DNA of 63,994 nucleotides, filler included, from Choristocarpus tenellus KU-1152 (taxonomy: Eukaryota; Protista; Phaeophyceae): assembly GCA_964200185.2 (NCBI GenBank). It is 9 parts of 9 records of this genome, joined end to end, with 100 filler letters (N's around TTAATTAATTAA, not from the genome) between each part and the next. Parts side by side here need not be neighbours in the genome. Positions count along the whole stretch, not along the records: positions 58,282 to 61,378 come from CAXNAD020022344.1; positions 61,479 to 63,994 come from CAXNAD020027158.1; 7 more parts are not named here. One strand, written 5' to 3'. Each line of letters starts with the position of its first letter. The first letter of the stretch is position 1. This document shows, in pieces, positions 60,501 through 63,994 of the stretch. The notes under the pieces are model-generated. The model saw only the letters and a program-made list of their open reading frames with translations. It was not told the DNA's origin and ran no database searches. The position numbers and the translations under genes are program-made.

Positions 60501-63246
60501 ACTCCAGAAGCTTACCTCCACAGGATGTATAGCTCCAATCTACAGGCCTATAGATGATACTGATGTACGTATAGGACTCCTGATGCATAATTCGTCAAGT
60601 ATGCTGAATCTCTCACTTGGATTACCATCAATATCATCGTAAAAAAAGGAACTGGTCAACGATGTCTTATCACAATCGGGGACCATAATGACCAAATAAT
60701 AAATTAATTGCAAGAAGTACAAATATATCAAATCTAGGACTTCAAGGTCATAATGGTGTTTATGAAACCACCATCAAGACATATCGCCTGTAACATATAC
60801 AGGGCTTCAATGTGTTAATGAAGGCATGTTGTGCAGCTGCTGCTGCTTGTCATATTCTGTATGAAAAGAGGTATATCTTGTTCTTAAGTCTTGGACCATG
60901 TGTGTACTCTTACCTAGTACCATGCCTTTTCTGTACAAGCCACTAAAAAGAGAAAATTGGTGTTCTAAAGACCAATTATGTCTAAAGCTTTTCAGCTTTT
61001 CATTTTCTCCCCTTGGAGATGCCTATGCCATTGTGAGGTCTTATCTTGTTGTTAGAGCGTACCTTCTTCCCTCCTATAGTAGTGTAAAGAGATTAATCCC
61101 TTGTCTGTGCCTCCATCACCTGTCCAACCTCCTCCCTCATGCCACCCTTCGGAGGTGGCTACATCCCCTTCTCACTGATCTGTCCCATCGTTGTTAGGGA
61201 TTCTGTGAAGTGTAAAACCGGGTGCTGTTCGCCTGCCCATCGATCTGTGCGTAACTTCTACCTTGGCGTGGCTGATAGGGAATTCTCGTCTAATATTGAA
61301 GGCATCATAGGTCAGGACCCTGCCAGGCTGTATAGCAACAAATCGCATTATGGGCCAAAGACCCAAAGTATCTGGGGGNNNNNNNNNNNNNNNNNNNNNN
61401 NNNNNNNNNNNNNNNNNNNNNNTTAATTAATTAANNNNNNNNNNNNNNNNNNNNNNNNNNNNNNNNNNNNNNNNNNNNTTCTGAAATATATATTTTTTTT
61501 CTTGATCCCATTTTTTTTTTGTGGCATTTTGACACGGCCCGTAGCTGAATGGCAGCAGTCTAGGGCCATTTTATTTTTATCAATCATTTAACATCAACTT
61601 GTGACTGGCAAGAGTTGTTCTCTCAATACCCCCGATACCATCCTAGCAGTGTCCACAGGCACAACACTTTGTAGATGTTGTATACATTGGCCGGGCGTTT
61701 ACTTTACAGGGACTTGCCGGGGACTTCATGGACATGATCATTTAGAGTGATGTTGCCACTTGAAATAGATCGTACCACTAGTACTAGTCCCAGTTTTCCC
61801 GGAAGGAGTCACTCCAGCTATGTACCAAAATATATGTACCAAAATATATGTACCACTATGATTGCACTATCTCCAACTCACACTCTGACTTGTCTTGGCT
61901 TTATTTTTCTTTCACTTTTCTTGATTTGGCTTTATTTTTTTATTGTGTCTTGATCTGTCTCTATTCGCCATGTCTTGTCTTGGCTTGTCTTGGCTTGTCT
62001 TGGAAGAATTTCCTTTGAGATAATTGTACAATTGAGAGTGTAATTTACTTGTACTCATCCTATATTTTTTCCTGTATGGCTGCTTTCATATTGACATAAA
62101 TATGTGTTGACATAAATTATCATTAGGTTATTAAAGAACTTTGTTGTGTGCACATTACCTGGGTTTACAAACTCTTGCATTAATTGATGCATAAATTGTT
62201 ACATAAATACACACACACATGCATTTTTTGGGGGGGGGCAGGTTTTAGAGGATAGAAATGCTCGGGTGCTTGCCTGGGACTTGCCTCATTTAGTTTTTTA
62301 TTATTTTTTCATTGGTAGCCTGTAAAAATAAAATAAAGAAAAATCAACTGAGATTGTCTAAAGAGGATATGGCAGATTTTGGAGATAAAGCATTGCTCCG
62401 ACAGAAAAAGTAAGTCACACTATTGACTCCTCTGGTGGTGTGGCATTATCTCAATTCTTGACAAGTCAGAGGTTGTGGGATTAAACCCCAGTTGGACCAC
62501 TTTCCTGATTCCCTAGGGTATTGACAGGTGACAGAGGGGTCCAGGAACAGGCTAGAGGGGAAATGTGAAGATTGAGATGAATGCTCACTCAGGGAGAGGG
62601 CACAACTAGTGGGGTGATACAATGGCACACAGATTATGCTGATTTAGGTCTCCAGCCTCTGATTTTGTCAAACATTGAGATATCAGTGTTTCACCATGGC
62701 TGATGGTTGTGGGAGATGGCATCAATGAGAACACACGAGAGAGAGAGTGTGTGTGTGTGTGTTAGGCCTGTTTATGGTACAACTTTCTTATTAGCAGCAG
62801 CAGCAGTAGTAGTAGTAGTAATATAATTTTTTATGGTGTACTGTACTGTTAATGTAATTCCCTACTGGTAGTACAGTACCTAGTATTATAGTAAGAATGT
62901 GAAACAAAGGTGGGCAGATCATCTACCTCATCCAGCACACCATTGAGGTAAGTGATAACAGTGCCTATATCACTATATGACTGTATCACTGTATCACTTG
63001 AGGATCGTGAATTGCCTTCGCCAAGGTTTCACGTTCACTGTGGACATGGTCTCCGAGATTGTCTCATCTACAAGCGTTTGTGTCTTCCTCCTCTCCCTCT
63101 CAATTGTGAGACACTTGGTGATGGACCAGTCTTAGGAACATATGTCAAGCGCATTGAAGAGCTCTTCTTGCACAGTACAGAGTCAGTACAGAGTCAGCGT
63201 AGATGTAGTGTTGCTTTGTCAGTATCCCGATACCTCCTGTGTGTGG

Positions 63247-63343
63247 TGCTGATGGAGACCAACAAGTGTGTGATTAACTGCTGATGGAGACCAACAAGTG
63301 TGTGATTAACTGCTGATGGAGACCAACAAGTGTGTGATTAACT
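63247..63343. repeat. Perfect 32-bp tandem repeat x3 (TGCTGATGGAGACCAACAAGTGTGTGATTAAC)
   Basis: Direct inspection. Confidence 0.95.
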
Positions 63344-63778
63344 GGTAGGAGGTAGGGCAGGCTGAATCTCGAGGACCTGGCGGTGTCGATTGAAGAGGTG
63401 GAGAAGGGTGGATCTTGTGTGTGTCCTGTAGCCTTGATGTTTCACCCCATGGCCATGTTCTGTCTTACTTCCTTGAATTTCATACAATACCACGTATGGA
63501 TATCATACAAATATTTGATATTTCACAAGCACAGGCTTGACCTCCTACCCATACTCACCAACATGTATAGCACACTGCGATTGCAACCCTGTCAACCCTG
63601 CATGGCGTTATGGCGTTGCACATAGCCAACAGTCAGTACCATGCCACATCTGCGTGTTCCCAACACGACTGCCCTCTCTTCCCTTTTTTTTTCTGGACAT
63701 GCTTTCTGTTGAACTCAACGCCTTTCCTAAATGCAACAAAAACCCCACCCACCCCACTGTTTTTCTGCACTTGTTCAG

Positions 63779-63937
63779 TGGGACGTCAGGTGATCCTTCT
63801 GGCCCCCCGCTGCGCGGCATGCTGGCCAATTACACGGTACTAATGTCACGTCCTAGCCCCAACGAACCGGTTGAATCGGACATTCGAAACGTGGTGGTGT
63901 ACAGGGAGGTCATGGACAACATCATGTGTAGGAGGAG
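63779..63937 (+). CDS. Putative exon of an unknown gene (GTSGDPSGPPLRGMLANYTVLMSRPSPNEPVESDIRNVVVYREVMDNIMCRRR)
   Basis: Pyrimidine-rich ttgttcag acceptor, AG|gtaccg donor, 159 nt open, symmetric phase, GC-richer than flanks. Confidence 0.5.
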
Positions 63938-63994
63938 GTACCGATTATTGCCAGACTTTGGGCGGGGAGATGAGCCCTATGTGGTTTGCATGGT

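Overview
Intron-rich eukaryotic nuclear DNA. The long introns, CA microsatellites and interstitial TTAGGG tracts suggest an ochrophyte or brown-algal type genome; this taxonomy is inference. The window is nine contigs joined by eight artificial N-run/TTAATTAATTAA/N-run linkers, so adjacency across linkers is not evidence of linkage. Manual splicing recovers genes the ORF track misses: (1) a DUF599-family membrane protein (4 exons, 350/369-3015, +); (2) two exons of a CWF19L2-like spliceosome factor (4232-7221, +); (3) a 5'-truncated, ~28-exon, ~1400-codon USP9X/USP24/USP34-type deubiquitinase (7604-25191, +) with an intact Cys/His/Asp triad, no fingers-domain zinc cysteines, probable GC-AG introns and a C-terminal Tudor domain; (4) an unidentified minus-strand gene (38223-34130); (5) a tRNA-Glu(CTC) with a broken G53-C61 pair. 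The rest is decayed genes, two related MITE families (9 + 2 copies), a mariner-type transposase relic and many minisatellites. No CRISPR, rRNA or prokaryotic system is visible. The best novelty candidate is the Tudor-tailed, zinc-less USP, a possible methyl-mark-reading deubiquitinase. All family calls come from motif recognition, not database searches.
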